The notes below the pieces were generated by a model. The model saw only the letters and a list, made by a program, of their open reading frames with translations, ran no database searches and had not been told where the DNA came from. A stretch of DNA of 63,195 nt, filler included, from Octopus bimaculoides (taxonomy: Eukaryota): NCBI RefSeq assembly GCF_001194135.2. It is 4 parts of 4 records of this genome, joined end to end, with 100 filler letters (N's around TTAATTAATTAA, not from the genome) between each part and the next. Parts side by side here need not be neighbours in the genome. Positions count along the whole stretch, not along the records: positions 17,969 to 41,487 come from NC_068981.1; positions 41,588 to 57,790 come from NC_068987.1; 2 more parts are not named here. One strand, given 5' to 3'. Each line of letters opens with the position of its first letter. The first letter of the stretch is position 1. Shown piece by piece: positions 37,971 to 51,240 of the stretch. The position numbers and the translations under genes are program-made.

Positions 37971-40560
37971 TCACCACATACCCCGAAACTGATTTAACAG
38001 ATATTGATGCCTCAACATCCCGAAGCGAAGACAAGGAGGAACCACAAAAAGCCAAAATCTCAAAAGACAAAGCAAAAGAAAAGTACCTGACCCCACACCA
38101 ACAATATATGCCCCGGATGTAAAGGCAACAAACATATGTAAAATAACACCAACACTATCGCAACCCCATCGCAGCCCCACACACAACAGTCATCCACAGA
38201 ATCTTCCAATTTCGTGCTGTTGAGAAGAGCCAACGGAAATTTGATGGACCTCATCGCCGGAGATAAGGAGATTGATAGATGGGGTGCAATACTCGACACC
38301 AGCACACTTAGGGTTCCAGAAAGTTCGATGTTGGTGCGAACGCAATGAAAGACTTACACAGGCATTAGGGAGGCTTTCGCCAACGACGTAGGAAACCCTA
38401 AGGTCAAAGCCACTAAGATACTTCTCCAGGGTTTCTCTGAGGAACCACCACCAGACCTGAAATCTGTCTGACAGAGCGGCCAACAGCAACGGGAGGAAAA
38501 GCTCCCACCAAATCCGGAAGCTAGGCCATCCGGCCACCAACAGCACCGACAGGGTGAGTAATCTCTTTCCTTTTCTTTATCACAGCTCTTTCCGATCGGC
38601 ATGGAATTAATTAGAGTGGTTTGTGAAAATATGTGGCCTGGGGGGATGCCTGCTCAATGACCTAAGGTCACTCTGTATGGGTGTGGGTTATCAGTGAAAC
38701 TAGGATTTCCGACACACGTGATCTGGCCCCATTTTCGACCATTTTGAGATCTACACATTTGGAATTCGGGGCGGGGTGGCAGTGCTGCTTAGGGGAGGCC
38801 TGGATCTCCCTAATCCTGAAAGGTAAGTTTGTGCTCCTGGATATGAGTAGCAGAAACGAGAAGGTGATACTTTCGGAATAGAGGCTGTGTACACCCCAAT
38901 TGTGGAGGTGCAACAAGATTTCTTCAAAAGTTTGGTGGTTTTCCTTGTAACATCTCGCTCTCTAGTTTTAGTGGGCGACTGGAACGCTAATTTCGATGCA
39001 CACGTGTATAGTGTGGGGCTAGCTGATAGGAGAAGCGAGTGCAACAGCCTCACAAAGCTGCTCCGTCACTTCCACTTTGCTGACAGGTGCCTACTGGATT
39101 TCCCGAATGCCCCAATGAGGACATAGGTGAACAGCACTGGTCTTCCAAGTCGTATTTAGATAGGTTATTCTGTAGATTAGTAGATATAAGTGGCATAAGT
39201 TGTCCACAGCTCAAAGTCTTCGGCTACACAGATCACAAATTTGTGATCTGCGTGGTCGACCTAAATAGGAACCATTTTCCTGCGCGTCAAGAATTCAGAG
39301 ACCGGGTTAGCGAGTTACTCCATCGGAAGTTGGTGAGCGCAACCGTCAACAACATTTTGTAGATAGCTATTAGAGTAGAGGCAATAGGATTTAGAAACGG
39401 TACAACCTTAGAGGAATCTGGGATACAGGAAGTGCTAGTTAGGAACCTAGAAGAGGTGCTTAGGAGAGGCATCGCGACTAACGTGCTGGCAGCGAGATTG
39501 GCTCTTGATCAATTCTTCAATATCAAGTATGAAGGTTGCGTTGTCAGTGACAGGTCGCGTTCTCTAACAGTGTGGGAACAAAATCCGTTTGATGGGCCTC
39601 GGTAGCAGAAATCCAACGTGGCAACAAAGCCACAGTTTGGTCTTTGACGGTCAGGGACGGGTGTATGCTACACGAGTCCAAGCAGATGTGTACGGAATTG
39701 CTGCAGCATTTATCCGAACTGTTTGGGATGCGCGGCGTGTAGAGAATGGAAATAGATTTCACCTCCTGCCTGGAAGATATGTTGCTCCATTTAGCCAAGG
39801 ATACGGAGTTCTGAGAAATACCGATAACTGTCGTAGATACACAGGAAGTGATGACGAGCTGCACAAGTGAAAATCGAAGTCTCTGGGGCTGGATGGTCTG
39901 CCCTTCGACATTTATCTTCATATATCAGACTTTTCGGTGATCTCTTGGCGGATGTCTATCACAACTGGCAGTAAAACGGGAGAATACCCACTACTGTGAG
40001 CCGTGGCGTGGTATTACTACTGGGAAAAGACCAGAAAAAGGGGGCGAAACAGATAATTTTAGATCCATAACTCTGCTAAATGCAGAGTGTATGATTTTGG
40101 CCAAGGTGCTAGCCAAACGGTTGGCGCATGTCTTCTATAAGACATGCGCTATTCCGAACAAATCTATCCTCAACAACATCCACCTCACGCACTACATAAT
40201 AGAAAAATTAGGGAAGGAACCTGGCGTGGGTGGGCCTCTGATCAATTTGGATCAATCAAAAGCTTTTGACAGGGTCGACCATCAACATTCGGTCCCGTTT
40301 TCAAAGGCTGGATCACTGCAATTTTATAGTGGTTTCTGCTCGGTGGTCAAAGTAAACGGCCATCATTCGGAATCGTTTAGCATCAGTAGCTCGGTCCGTC
40401 AAGGATTCCCACTTTCTCCCCTGTTGTGCATGCTGGCTCTAGAACAATTAATGAGGATATTTCAAGGGTCATGCCGAGTGATCTAGGATGCAGAAGGTTC
40501 GTGTCACTTAATGTAAAAAACGTCACCATAATAGCGTGGGACAGCTCGGAAAACCGAGAT
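37190..40560 (+). mobile_element. Tx1/L1-clade LINE pseudogene (ORF1 zinc knuckle, APE, RT)
   Basis: ORF1 PVIVEGRQHRCDSCGVTNHFRTFC (CX2CX4HX4C, about 37658-37705). APE LVLVGDWNA, SYLDRL and TDHKFV. RT RSITLLNAE, ILAKVLAKRL, LDQSKAFDRVDH and VRQGFPLSPLL. Confidence 0.9.
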
Positions 40561-41275
40561 GATCAGTGATACTCTATCATGCAGAACGACTTTCCAGAGA
40601 GACCATTGCTCCCTTGTAATCTTCTTCGGTGAACAGGCTCTTCTTTAGTCTTCTGTCGCAGTTTTCATTACTGCCTTTCTTTCCTTTATTTTTGTAATTG
40701 TTTTATCTATATGTAGTAGCAGCAGTGATGGCAGCAACAGCAACAATGGTAGAGGTGGGGGTAGTGGTAGTAGTGTTAGTTGGGCCTCAGATTCCTGGGC
40801 TGTCAGAATAGTAGTAATTGTAGTATCGTTAGTATTAGCAGCTGCAACATATTATTATTTTTATTTTCATCATTGTCACCATCACCACCACTACCACTTT
40901 TATCATCATTTTTTACTACTTACCTTTATTATTAAAGTATTTTGTTACATGTTCTTTATTTTCAACTCTTGTCTTGTACTTGAGATAATCGTAAATATGT
41001 GGTTGTTGAAAGAAATAGTTGGCGGGGAAGAGAGGAGTAGAAGCTTGATAAATAGATCAAATTCTACATGTATATAAATAGATACGGCAGTTGGTGGAGA
41101 AGAGACAAAAGAATCTTCTCACCCTTTAGGTCAGCAGAGGTCAAATGTGTTTACTACTACTAGCGACCACTGAGAGCGCTGACTTTAGCCTTTGGAAGAA
41201 GCAATTCTGTTGTATTTGTAATTACTGGTAGAGAAAACAATAATAATAATAACAAGAAATATAATAATAATAATC

Positions 41276-41326
<51 letters not shown>

Positions 41327-41352
41327 TTAATAATAAATAATAATAATAATAA

Positions 41353-41487
41353 ATGCCCGGATGCAGTACCAGGCAGTGACTCTCATGGCTTCAGATCTTA
41401 ATTGATTGGAAGTGTTATCATGTACATTGTTTTGTCTTGGTATAAAAGATGGGCTACAGCAAATATTCTGCTCACTACCACAGATTT
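41353..41487 (+). repeat. Interspersed repeat following an (AAT)n tract
   Basis: ATGCCCGGATGCAGTACCAGGCAGTG...AAAAGATGGGCTACAGCAAATATTCTGC; recognised as a recurrent repeat type. Confidence 0.45.
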
Positions 41488-41587
41488 NNNNNNNNNNNNN
41501 NNNNNNNNNNNNNNNNNNNNNNNNNNNNNNNTTAATTAATTAANNNNNNNNNNNNNNNNNNNNNNNNNNNNNNNNNNNNNNNNNNNN
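41488..41587. other. Artificial scaffold spacer
   Basis: 44N-TTAATTAATTAA-44N. Confidence 0.9.
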
Positions 41588-41626
<39 letters not shown>

Positions 41627-41649
41627 AATATATATATATAAATATCTAA

Positions 41650-41890
41650 CTTGTTGCACTCCGTCGGTTACAACAACGTGAATTCCAGTTGATCCGCTGA
41701 ACAGAATAGCCTGCTTGTGAAATTAACGTGCATGTGCCACAGACACGTGTACACATGCGCCTTTAACTGAGTGGACTAGAGCAACTTGAAATACAGTGTC
41801 TTGCTCAAGGACCCAACGCGTTGCCGGGAATTGAACTCAGAACCTTACGATCGTGAGCTGAATGCCCCAAACACTTAGCCATGCGCCTTT
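41650..41890 (-). mobile_element. tRNA-derived SINE, diverged
   Basis: Minus strand AAGGCGCATGGCTAAGTG...GTTCTGAGTTCAATTCCCGG...GTCCTTGAGCAAGACAC; shares the GTTGATCCG/ACAGAATAGCCTGC tail with the 15801 family. Confidence 0.75.
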
Positions 41891-42349
41891 AAACACACAG
41901 ACACACACGCGCACACACCTCATACACACACATATACATATACATATATACTAGAATGTGCGTATGACAAACTTTCACATATATGAAGTTCACAGAAGAA
42001 ATGTGGGGATCCACACACTTACATGTATGCAGACACTCACCTGCAGGTTCAAAGAAAACCTTAAAATAATTTTATCTGAAACAGAAAGGTTTTGTTACAA
42101 TGTTAGTGATCGGCTTGAATTACGCACAGTATAATATAATTTGTAAAAAAAAAAAAAAAGCATTCGTAGAAACTAGTTTCTTACCTCCCAGAGAGGCTAA
42201 ATTTTACATCGAGATACCTGTGAATACAGCAGAAAGGGCGGCAATTATATATATCTCCAGGTGTGTCTTCAATGAATTTCAACAATGGAAATACTGAAAA
42301 TGTTTCAAGAAAAGATTGATTCGCTCACAAATTCTCCTATTAGAAGACA

Positions 42350-43900
42350 AGCTTTATTTAACTAGTATTTATAAGACACCCACTGATTCAACATTGACAG
42401 TCATTAATAACATCGGGGTTACATATTAACAATAAAATCACGAATTTTCATGATGGTACATAAGTATCTGTCTAATTCTCTTTTCACACCTGTTAGACAG
42501 AACATTGAAGAGACTATATAAATAATAAAGACGAAATAGTGAAAAAAATTACTTCAAAGAGTTGGAAATCAAAACACAAATACTGTTTATCTTCGGAAGA
42601 CCATTTACTAGATGATAGTACTTTTCACACGCCAACAAGCCAATACTGAATAATAAAACAATAACAATATTTGTAAAAAGTAAAATGAAAACACCTACAT
42701 AGAAATTGATCACTTTCAAACAGAAGTTAAAATATATTATGTGAAATTCAGTCGTCAGAAGTGACCAGCGAAAAAATTAATACTTTTCAAAATATTCAGT
42801 AGAAGTATATTAGAGGCCAACAGACTGATGAGAATATGTTTATACACATCTAAAAGGCTCCTTCTCAAAAAGTTACCTCATCATTTCAATAAAGTTCACG
42901 AATGAGATGTAAAAATATATTAACTACACTATATGGTTGCTAGAGAAGAAATTCGAAAGAAATATCGTTGCATTACATCAAACACATTCAATATCAATGG
43001 TGATATCCTGAAAACCCTTGATGAAATATACTAGCAGATCAAAATAATATTCAGACAATCATCGTATACTAGTACGAGAAAACTGTACTTCTTTCACAAA
43101 TACCATATCCAACCCGGATGGTGTTGCTAGAACCAAGTGAGAAGCAAAATTCACTCACTTGGTCAAGATCTACAGTTCAATTTCAGGCTAGAACTTAATA
43201 TATAATGTGAATATAGCCTGTCCCAACCTTTTCTTTTGAAAACATTGTGTGAATAGCAATATTATCACAGCACGATCTAGTAGCTAGAAAGACATTCGGT
43301 TGCGTTGAATAAGACGAAATCGAAACAGTCTGCTGCTCAGATACTGTCTAATCGAATTACATGAAAGGATTCGACTCTGCCCCACTCTACTCATGGATGC
43401 TAGGTATGGTTCTAATTGCTAATTGCATGAGCACCGTGATATAAACCGAAAACAAATTGATTTCGTCTTAGAACAATATCTTGATGCCGTATACCTAATG
43501 CGAATACTGAACTCGATTCATATCAGGAAAACTGAAAGGTAGTTGCGTGCGGTCTGCATATATATACAAATAGTAAGAAAGTTATGAAGAAAAGAATAGA
43601 TGTAATTAAGATTTTAGTAAGGGATACAAGAATGAAAGTTGGTCGATATAAATATTCCAACCTAATTATCGCACTAACGAACGAAAAATACAAACAAATC
43701 TCACTGTCCGGAACCTGACGAAGATATTCTTTAATGTCAAAGAGTTTAAGGAGAGGATATTGCAACCGGAGGTGAAACATGGTCTTCATAGTTTTCTGCT
43801 TCCTATAAATCAGTGATTGACAATGTTTCCTCTGCCAATGCCCGGGCAAATATTTGGGCTACGTGAGTGGACACTAGATGCGATTCCATTTCTTGATACT
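42350..43900 (+). mobile_element. Very decayed retroelement RT-like sequence
   Basis: Weak traces only: IYKTPT (PLE-like) near 42375 and GFDSAPLYSW (QGSxLSP-like) near 43370. Confidence 0.25.
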
Positions 43901-44018
43901 AAAAATAGAAATTTTTTCATCAAGGTTGTCCACATTAACAGTGTTTATAAACGCTAAAACAGAGATCTATTACTAAAACACTTTGAACGCCACTCTAGTG
44001 ATGCAATAAATCGAAATA

Positions 44019-44190
44019 TTGGGTTGGTGCATAATTATTGCGGCTGTTTTTCAACAAATTCTATTCAACAAAAACAATAACATTATTCAACGAAAACATC
44101 TACAAGTGATGGTCTGACGGTCTGACCGTCTGCCAAGCAAATGAGAAGCAGTAATTGAAGTAGATGGTGAGTATGCTCCGGTATAATAAT
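44019..44190 (+). mobile_element. Mariner-derived MITE, one-ended copy
   Basis: TA-TTGGGTTGGTGCATAATTATTGCGG TIR; internal sequence matches 58572-58808 in inverse orientation. Confidence 0.8.
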
Positions 44191-44339
44191 TTAGAGAATA
44201 ATCATTTAAATAATATATCAAAAATATAGCTTAATATTGCATATATTTTTTATTTACTTGATATTTAAATAAAAGAAAATCTTGACCTAAATAATTTTTG
44301 TGAAGATTTCAAAACAAAAGTATTTGAGGCTGCAAGTTC

Positions 44340-45300
44340 ATCAGTGGGAATTTAAATCGCGTACGTCCAGTGACTGGTTTTCAGAGAAACCAGCAGAAAT
44401 TCATGATGTACATTTAGAAGAACAAACTTAGGCAATACGCTTCTTTCTCAGTCTTTGAACCCCCAAACCAAACGAAGCTTACAGAAAGCTAAAAGGAAAA
44501 GTAAAAACTGCTCTAAGGAAAATTTAACAGGAATGGTGGAATGATAGTGCAAAAGTGGCACAAGAAGCAGCTGATATAAGTGACGCCAAGGGATTGTACT
44601 CTTATATTAAAGAGGTATATGGCTCAAAATCGTCTTCAGTAGCTCCAGTGAGTACAGCGAATAGACATTTGCTTTTGACTGACGCCGCTTCTATTCATAA
44701 GCGGTGTGCAGAACATATTTCTGCACTTTTGAATAGACTATTATCAGTTGACCTGAGAATGATAGAAAAAGTCATACTCCTTGCAGTTATAGAGGAAATG
44801 GCATTTGAACCAACTCTAACGACATTTAGCTATGAATAAGCTGAATAACAATTAGTCTTCAGGGTTTGATGGAATTTGTGCAGAGGTCTTGAAATATGGG
44901 GGTGACAAAATGTTTGAACTATCAAATACATTAATTTGCCACTGTTGGAGAATTAAGAGAGTGCCATTTTAGTCTCCATGTATAAATCGGGGCCATAGAA
45001 TCTGTGTGGTAATTTTCGTGGGATTTCGCTGTTGTCTGTGGCTAGAGAGGTGATTGCCCGCATTTTGTTAGCACGTTTAAATACATTCATAGTTCGAAAT
45101 ATGGTGTCCGAGACACCATATTTTCGCTCCTCAAGGGGCACAGTTGATTGTGTCTTTCTTATCAGACAATTTCAGGAAAAGTGCATTGAACAGAATCTTG
45201 CCCTTTACCATCGCTTTGTTGATTTGATCAATGTATTCAATACTGTTAATCGAAATGCTCTGTGGCTAATTCTAGGGAAAACACAGCGAACTTTCACAGC
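44340..45300 (+). mobile_element. RTE-clade LINE fragment (linker to RT domains 1-3)
   Basis: LYSYIKEVYG, RCAEHISALLNR, GFDGICAEVLKYGG, ARILLARL, FRSSRGTVDCVFLIRQFQEKCIEQ and FVDLINVFNTVNR. Confidence 0.85.
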
Positions 45301-45413
45301 TTCAATTCAACAGAACATTAAAGGTGATATAATTTACATTGACCGAAAGCTTCGGGTTTAACCAAGAGATAACGGAGTAGGCTTTCTTCATCAGTAACAT
45401 GATAATGGCTATC

Positions 45414-45600
45414 ATTTTGTAATGCAATAAGTTCCAAACCAGAAACTGGAATCTCCAATAAAACACACGATGTTAATCAAAGATAGTTATAATGATGTAC
45501 AAAGAGGATAGAGATAGTTATAAAATCATTTGTAACATCATGAATATCCTTGTTGGCATAATCCACACTGTATTACATAAAACGAATTATAGTGAAGATA
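45414..45600 (+). repeat. Direct repeat, copy 1 (about 190 bp)
   Basis: Aligns by eye with 46362-46553. Confidence 0.9.
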
Positions 45601-46069
45601 CTTATTTATAAGGGAAATCGCTATATGTAAACTAGAGATATAATGCACTGGTACTGGAAAAGAGTGTGTTCAGTGGTAGAAATCAGATGTCCAATATACA
45701 GTTCAACGTAGCAGAAAAAAAACAGAAACTGTAAAGAGCGAACACTTGAGAAGCTTGAAGATAACGCAACCAAAATAGAAATCAAAATTAAGACATTTAA
45801 ATGTCTTGGCTATGTAACTAATGGTCTAAACACAAATCTTCAAGAAAGCAAAAGAAAGAAAATGCAATAATAATTATGGAATTGCAATCACAAAGCATTA
45901 ATAAAATTGTCGAAATATGTAAAACATTCCATTAATCTAGTTGGTAGTATGTACTGTGCACGTCTATGAACATCCGAACGTTAATATGTCAGCACACATA
46001 TCCACAAATCTAATGATTCCACACATGCATACACATACTCACGTACACGGATATTTACATAGATGAACA

Positions 46070-46220
46070 TACTCCGGGTTCGGTCCCACTGCATAGCATC
46101 TTGGGCAAGTGTCTTCTACTATAGCGTTGGACCGACCAAAGCCTGGCTCGATTTGTTCGACTAAAGGCGACGCTCTTGCAAGGCCACAGGCACATGACTG
46201 AAACGAGTAAAACAATAAAA
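46070..46220 (+). mobile_element. SINE (family A head joined to family B tail)
   Basis: CCGGGTTCGGTCCCACTGC...CAAGTGTCTTCTACTATAGC...CGACTAAAGGCG...ATGACTGAAACGAGTAAAA. Confidence 0.7.
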
Positions 46221-46361
46221 GTATATATATATGTATATTCCTATATATATATATATATATATATACCGAGTAGGTGCTGTATACCGGCTAGTTATGCCCC
46301 ATTCGTTGTATAGACAGGATTGGGGATTATAAGCCGTGTATTAGCGTGTTCCTTGAGGAGT

Positions 46362-46553
46362 ATTTTGTAATGCATTAAGTTCCAAACCAGAAACTGGAAA
46401 CTCCAATAAAACACATGATGTACATAGAGAAAAAGATAGTTATAATGATGTACAAAGAGGATAGAGATAGTTATTAAACCATATGTAACATCATGAATAT
46501 CCATGTTGGCATAATCCACTCTGTATTACATAAAACGAATTATATTGAAGATA
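46362..46553 (+). repeat. Direct repeat, copy 2
   Basis: Aligns with 45414-45600. Confidence 0.9.
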
Positions 46554-47580
46554 TGTATGTATGTATATACATATGTGTATGTATGTATATCTATCTATAT
46601 ATATATATATACGTATGTATGTATGTATGTTTGTATGCATGCATGTATGTATGTATGTATGTATGTAGGTATGTATGTATGTATGTACTGTGTATGTACA
46701 CATATTATTCATATATGTACATGCCTCATATTTGCATACATGCATATACGAACACGTAGTTGAGGTGATGTCTAACTTCTAACGTTTCCTGTTTTGAATG
46801 AAGAGATCTGCAGTTCTTATATTGGAGAAAGATTTTCAAACATATATACGCATACATATATGCGCAACGAAATATACATACAAGCATTGAAACGTGCAAA
46901 CACACATGCGTACGCGTTAATGTCAACTGTCGTTATTATTTTAAGCCTATCTCCCACTGCCAGCGTATGAAAATGAGATGCAGCCTAAAATGACATCAGT
47001 TCTATATAATTCGATTTGAAAGCCAATATATTTTGCTTCATTTCAGTGTAATTCTTTTTAATACGATGGGCATTACTATTGAATCTATGTAGTCACAGTA
47101 CAACTTAAATTTACACGTCACTGTATACGCCAAAGTGTCTTATAAGAAAAAAAAACCAATAACATTAAATCTAAATTACCGACGTTCAATTGATATAACG
47201 CATGCAAATGGCAAATATATTCAGTCATTCAAAATAGTATCACGTTACAGTTTACAGTGAACTGGTTTCTACCGATTGTTTTCGCTCACACAAAACGGTT
47301 ACGCATTAATACAATAGTATCTTTGTTTTAACAGATTATTAGACCATATTGGCGGTATCACTTCTTGTAAGTCGTCAAACTTGATGTTAACACAATCATT
47401 TCTCTCTTATCGATATCATTATTGAAATTACATATGCAGATTATGTCATACTACTTCTCATATGTCTCTAATTACGACGGTATCCTCTTCATTGTATTGA
47501 TAGCTATTATGTATGTACAGACATATTCTACACATACATACAAATATAAACACACACTCATATGCAAGTTTATGTGTGTG

Positions 47581-47639
<59 letters not shown>

Positions 47640-48164
47640 ATATATATGTATATACATATGCACACATACACATGCACAAATGTATACGTACACAAATATA
47701 TATATACACACATACATACATGTGTGTGTATGTATGTGTAGAACGATACATATGTACATATATAACGTTACACATGTGCATTTATAACGATACACATGTG
47801 CATGTATAATCTATTTTCTTTGTTCCTATGGAATTACTTGTCTTATTTTGCATTTAACTATATTTTACGTAAATCTATATCTTTAATTAAATTACCCTGA
47901 CATATTCCATGAAGTAATGTGATATTAACGATTCGGAACGCACAGAATTCACATTTGATTATTTCTGTATAGAATCTAGGAAGTGAGTTCAAATCCCTAC
48001 GTGATTAAGTTTCGTTTCCATTATTTCGAGTTCGATAGAATAAGACAGAGGTAGTAAGTTCAATGATGTTGAATAATCCTTTCCGAAGTCATTACATGCT
48101 TGTTTAATTCGTAGATAATCTATTTCTAGGCTTTGCCAAGACAAGCCTCCTCAAAATTGAAGAA

Positions 48165-48810
48165 ACTTTCATAGGATTCTTGCAGAATACAAGATTAAGC
48201 CCTTCTGCAGGCCGAGAATACGTATCTCAATTTCAGTAAGCTTCATCATCTTAGGTAGCATTGTGGATGTTATGACAAGTGGACCAGCTACTGCAGGGAC
48301 AATTATCGCCTTCGTCTTTCACAATTTCTTCATCAATCTGGCGAAGTCCTGACATTTCTCTATTTTCTCAATTACTTTCGTATCCATTTTGCTATCATAT
48401 GACGTAATAAATATGATATTACTGTTTTTCCTTAGTATTTGTTTTGGAGTTTGCTTGTTTTGTTTTGCTTTGGTTGTTTTGTTTTTTTTTTGTTTTGCCT
48501 TCATCAATCGCATCAAATCTACATGCTCTAACACTATAGTACGTCCGCGGGAAAAGTCCCATAAAATCTTCATGGTAATCATCATTCACCATCACAAACT
48601 CCGTCCATATTACATTTCTCCCAATTTGGAAACAGAAGCTCGGTTAGCATCGCAGCGCACTGTTTTACACGCACAGAATTTCCAGCGCGTAAAATTTTTC
48701 AGTTGGTTGTCGTCTCCTTTTCCATAGATTTTGCATTTACTTTCTGACTGAGTTCTTTCAGTCTTTATCACACCAAGTTCTTTCAAATGGCTTGTTGGCT
48801 ATAATTGACA
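48165..48810 (-). mobile_element. R4/Dong-clade 3' remnant (REL endonuclease region)
   Basis: MKILWDFS, KVIEKIEKCQDFARLMKKL, KAIIVPAVAGPL and LQKGLILYSARIL. Confidence 0.75.
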
Positions 48811-49462
48811 ATATAGATTCTTGTTTCAGGTAACTGTCTCTCAGATACAACCAGTGATTTTTGCCCTCGAACATCGTTGCTTTCTTACATTTAATTATCC
48901 ATGTATTTCACAAGAAGTATATATACATATATATATAATCTGTAAAACCGTAATCGTTTCTAACGATTTTTCACAAATTCGCACGAGCAACATCATCCCA
49001 AGTTAATGCGTGAACAAAAAATTCTAGTTGCGTGTTCTCTCGAGAGTAAAACACAAGTGCTAAACAACAATGCAGCTTTTGTAGATTATGAATGTTAGGA
49101 TAACATGCAGAAAACTTTTCATATGACGTTCAGAAACGTTTATGACGTTCAGAAACGTTTAAGACGTCACACATGCCGTTTTCTTGCACCTTTTGTTCGT
49201 TCTTAATATCCCACAATACCTTCATTCTGTTATCCCTTCTCACACTCGATTTCTCTCTATCTCTTTCACTTCACGCGTCACTATTTCGTATACACTCGCA
49301 ACACTCATACACGCACACTCTCAAGTATTTATCTGAGAAAATATGTAGTGGAAAATGATTGCAATATTCCTCAATAAGCTTTAAAAATATATCCTTAAAG
49401 ATTTAAATATCATGTGAGTTAGAACTCAATTCAATTTTTGTTTCAGAAATATGTGTGTGTAG

Positions 49463-49586
<124 letters not shown>

Positions 49587-49604
49587 TGAGCAAATTTCAG
49601 AATG

Positions 49605-49941
49605 TAGGCTAGTTGAAATATGTTAGTGACATATTTCAAATGCTAAAAGTCAGATGCACTGCGAATACCGTAGAGAATAAAGTGTCGCCCTCTATTAGGA
49701 ATCTCAGACATCGATGTTTCGAGCGATTTTGGCTCTCGTCAATGAGACGTACCTAAGAGAGGCAACTCTTAACAAACTTAGAAAGCTATAGCTTTATGTA
49801 AAATCCAGTCTGTACATTGACTGATTAGCGTAATAGATCGCCCGATCGAGATAAACAACGAAGTGTTAGAGCGAAGCAGTGTTTAGATAAGAGCAGAATT
49901 TAGGCTTCTTGAAATATCACTAACACATTTCAACTAGCCTA
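49605..49941. mobile_element. Inverted-repeat-bounded element of about 335 bp
   Basis: TAGGCTAGTTGAAATATGTTAGTGACATATTTCAA (49605-49639) is inverted at 49909-49941; the outermost TA on each side could be a TSD. Confidence 0.7.
49702..49747 (-). ncRNA. Complete type I minimal hammerhead ribozyme (U3 core variant)
   Basis: TCTCA-TTGACGA-GAGC-caaaatc-GCTC-GAAA-C-ATCGAT-GTC/TGAGA: 5-bp stem I, 4-bp stem II, palindromic stem III (ACATCGATGT) and a GUC cleavage triplet. Confidence 0.8.
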
Positions 49942-50028
49942 GACTCTGTGCATACCTAAACGCACACACACATATTTACCTAAGCACGCACACACGCACA
50001 CACACGCACAAACACACACACACTCACA

Positions 50029-50089
<61 letters not shown>

Positions 50090-50564
50090 NNNNNNNNNNN
50101 NNNNNNNNNNNNNNNNNNNNNNNNNNNNNNNNNNNNNNNNNNNNNNNNNNNNNNNNNNNNNNNNNNNNNNNNNNNNNNNNNNNNNNNNNNNNNNNNNNNN
50201 NNNNNNNNNNNNNNNNNNNNNNNNNNNNNNNNNNNNNNNNNNNNNNNNNNNNNNNNNNNNNNNNNNNNNNNNNNNNNNNNNNNNNNNNNNNNNNNNNNNN
50301 NNNNNNNNNNNNNNNNNNNNNNNNNNNNNNNNNNNNNNNNNNNNNNNNNNNNNNNNNNNNNNNNNNNNNNNNNNNNNNNNNNNNNNNNNNNNNNNNNNNN
50401 NNNNNNNNNNNNNNNNNNNNNNNNNNNNNNNNNNNNNNNNNNNNNNNNNNNNNNNNNNNNNNNNNNNNNNNNNNNNNNNNNNNNNNNNNNNNNNNNNNNN
50501 NNNNNNNNNNNNNNNNNNNNNNNNNNNNNNNNNNNNNNNNNNNNNNNNNNNNNNNNNNNNNNNN

Positions 50565-50652
<88 letters not shown>

Positions 50653-50654
50653 TA

Positions 50655-51240
50655 TACTAGCAATCGTACCCGTCCCTTGGACGGTCCAATTTATTATGAT
50701 GGCGAACTTCTTTGAACGGTTTAAGTTGAATTAGTCCGTTATTAGAAGTCGTTTCAAGTTGATAAATGTAAAGTGTATTATTACCAATTTCATTAGCAGT
50801 TTATAATATAGTATTAAGCAAACTAAGTTTGTGAACGCAAATTTGGCAGTTAGTAATAAATGGAAGTCCATGAAATAAGATCGCAATTGTAGTAGGCATT
50901 ATTGATTATATATCTTACCTGAAGCATTTTGTAGCATGTAGCTATTTCACTCGTAATGCCTGACACAAACGAATTGAAGCTTTTCTTATTGAAAGTCATG
51001 TATGATAAACAAAAGCAAGCATTTATAGCAATCGCGCATGTACAAAATGTCATGTACAAAAATAAATGTTAGATCATGCTTATGAGCGAACAACGTCCGT
51101 GAAGTAAGAAGGGTTATTGAAGGTAAAGTACTGTTAACAGCAATCACGGAAATGAAGCAAAACATCAATGAAGTGCTTGTAAGAAGTACGATTGCTAACG
51201 GTTACAGTTTGGCGTGACGTTTGCAGTAAAGGAGTAAGTA
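50655..51240 (+). mobile_element. Helentron/HINE-like non-autonomous element
   Basis: Starts TACTAGC; 12-bp inverted repeat TAGCAATCGTAC (50658-50669) / GTACGATTGCTA (51186-51197), subterminal at the 3' side. Confidence 0.5.

Noticed and set aside
45340-45395. CTGATGA...CCCGAAGCTT hammerhead-like motif on the minus strand
   Set aside because: GAAA is incomplete and stem II does not pair; kept only as a hint in the direct-repeat finding.
49128-49160. Short tandem duplication of TATGACGTTCAGAAACGTT
   Set aside because: Only two adjacent units with no spacers; not CRISPR-like, just local slippage.
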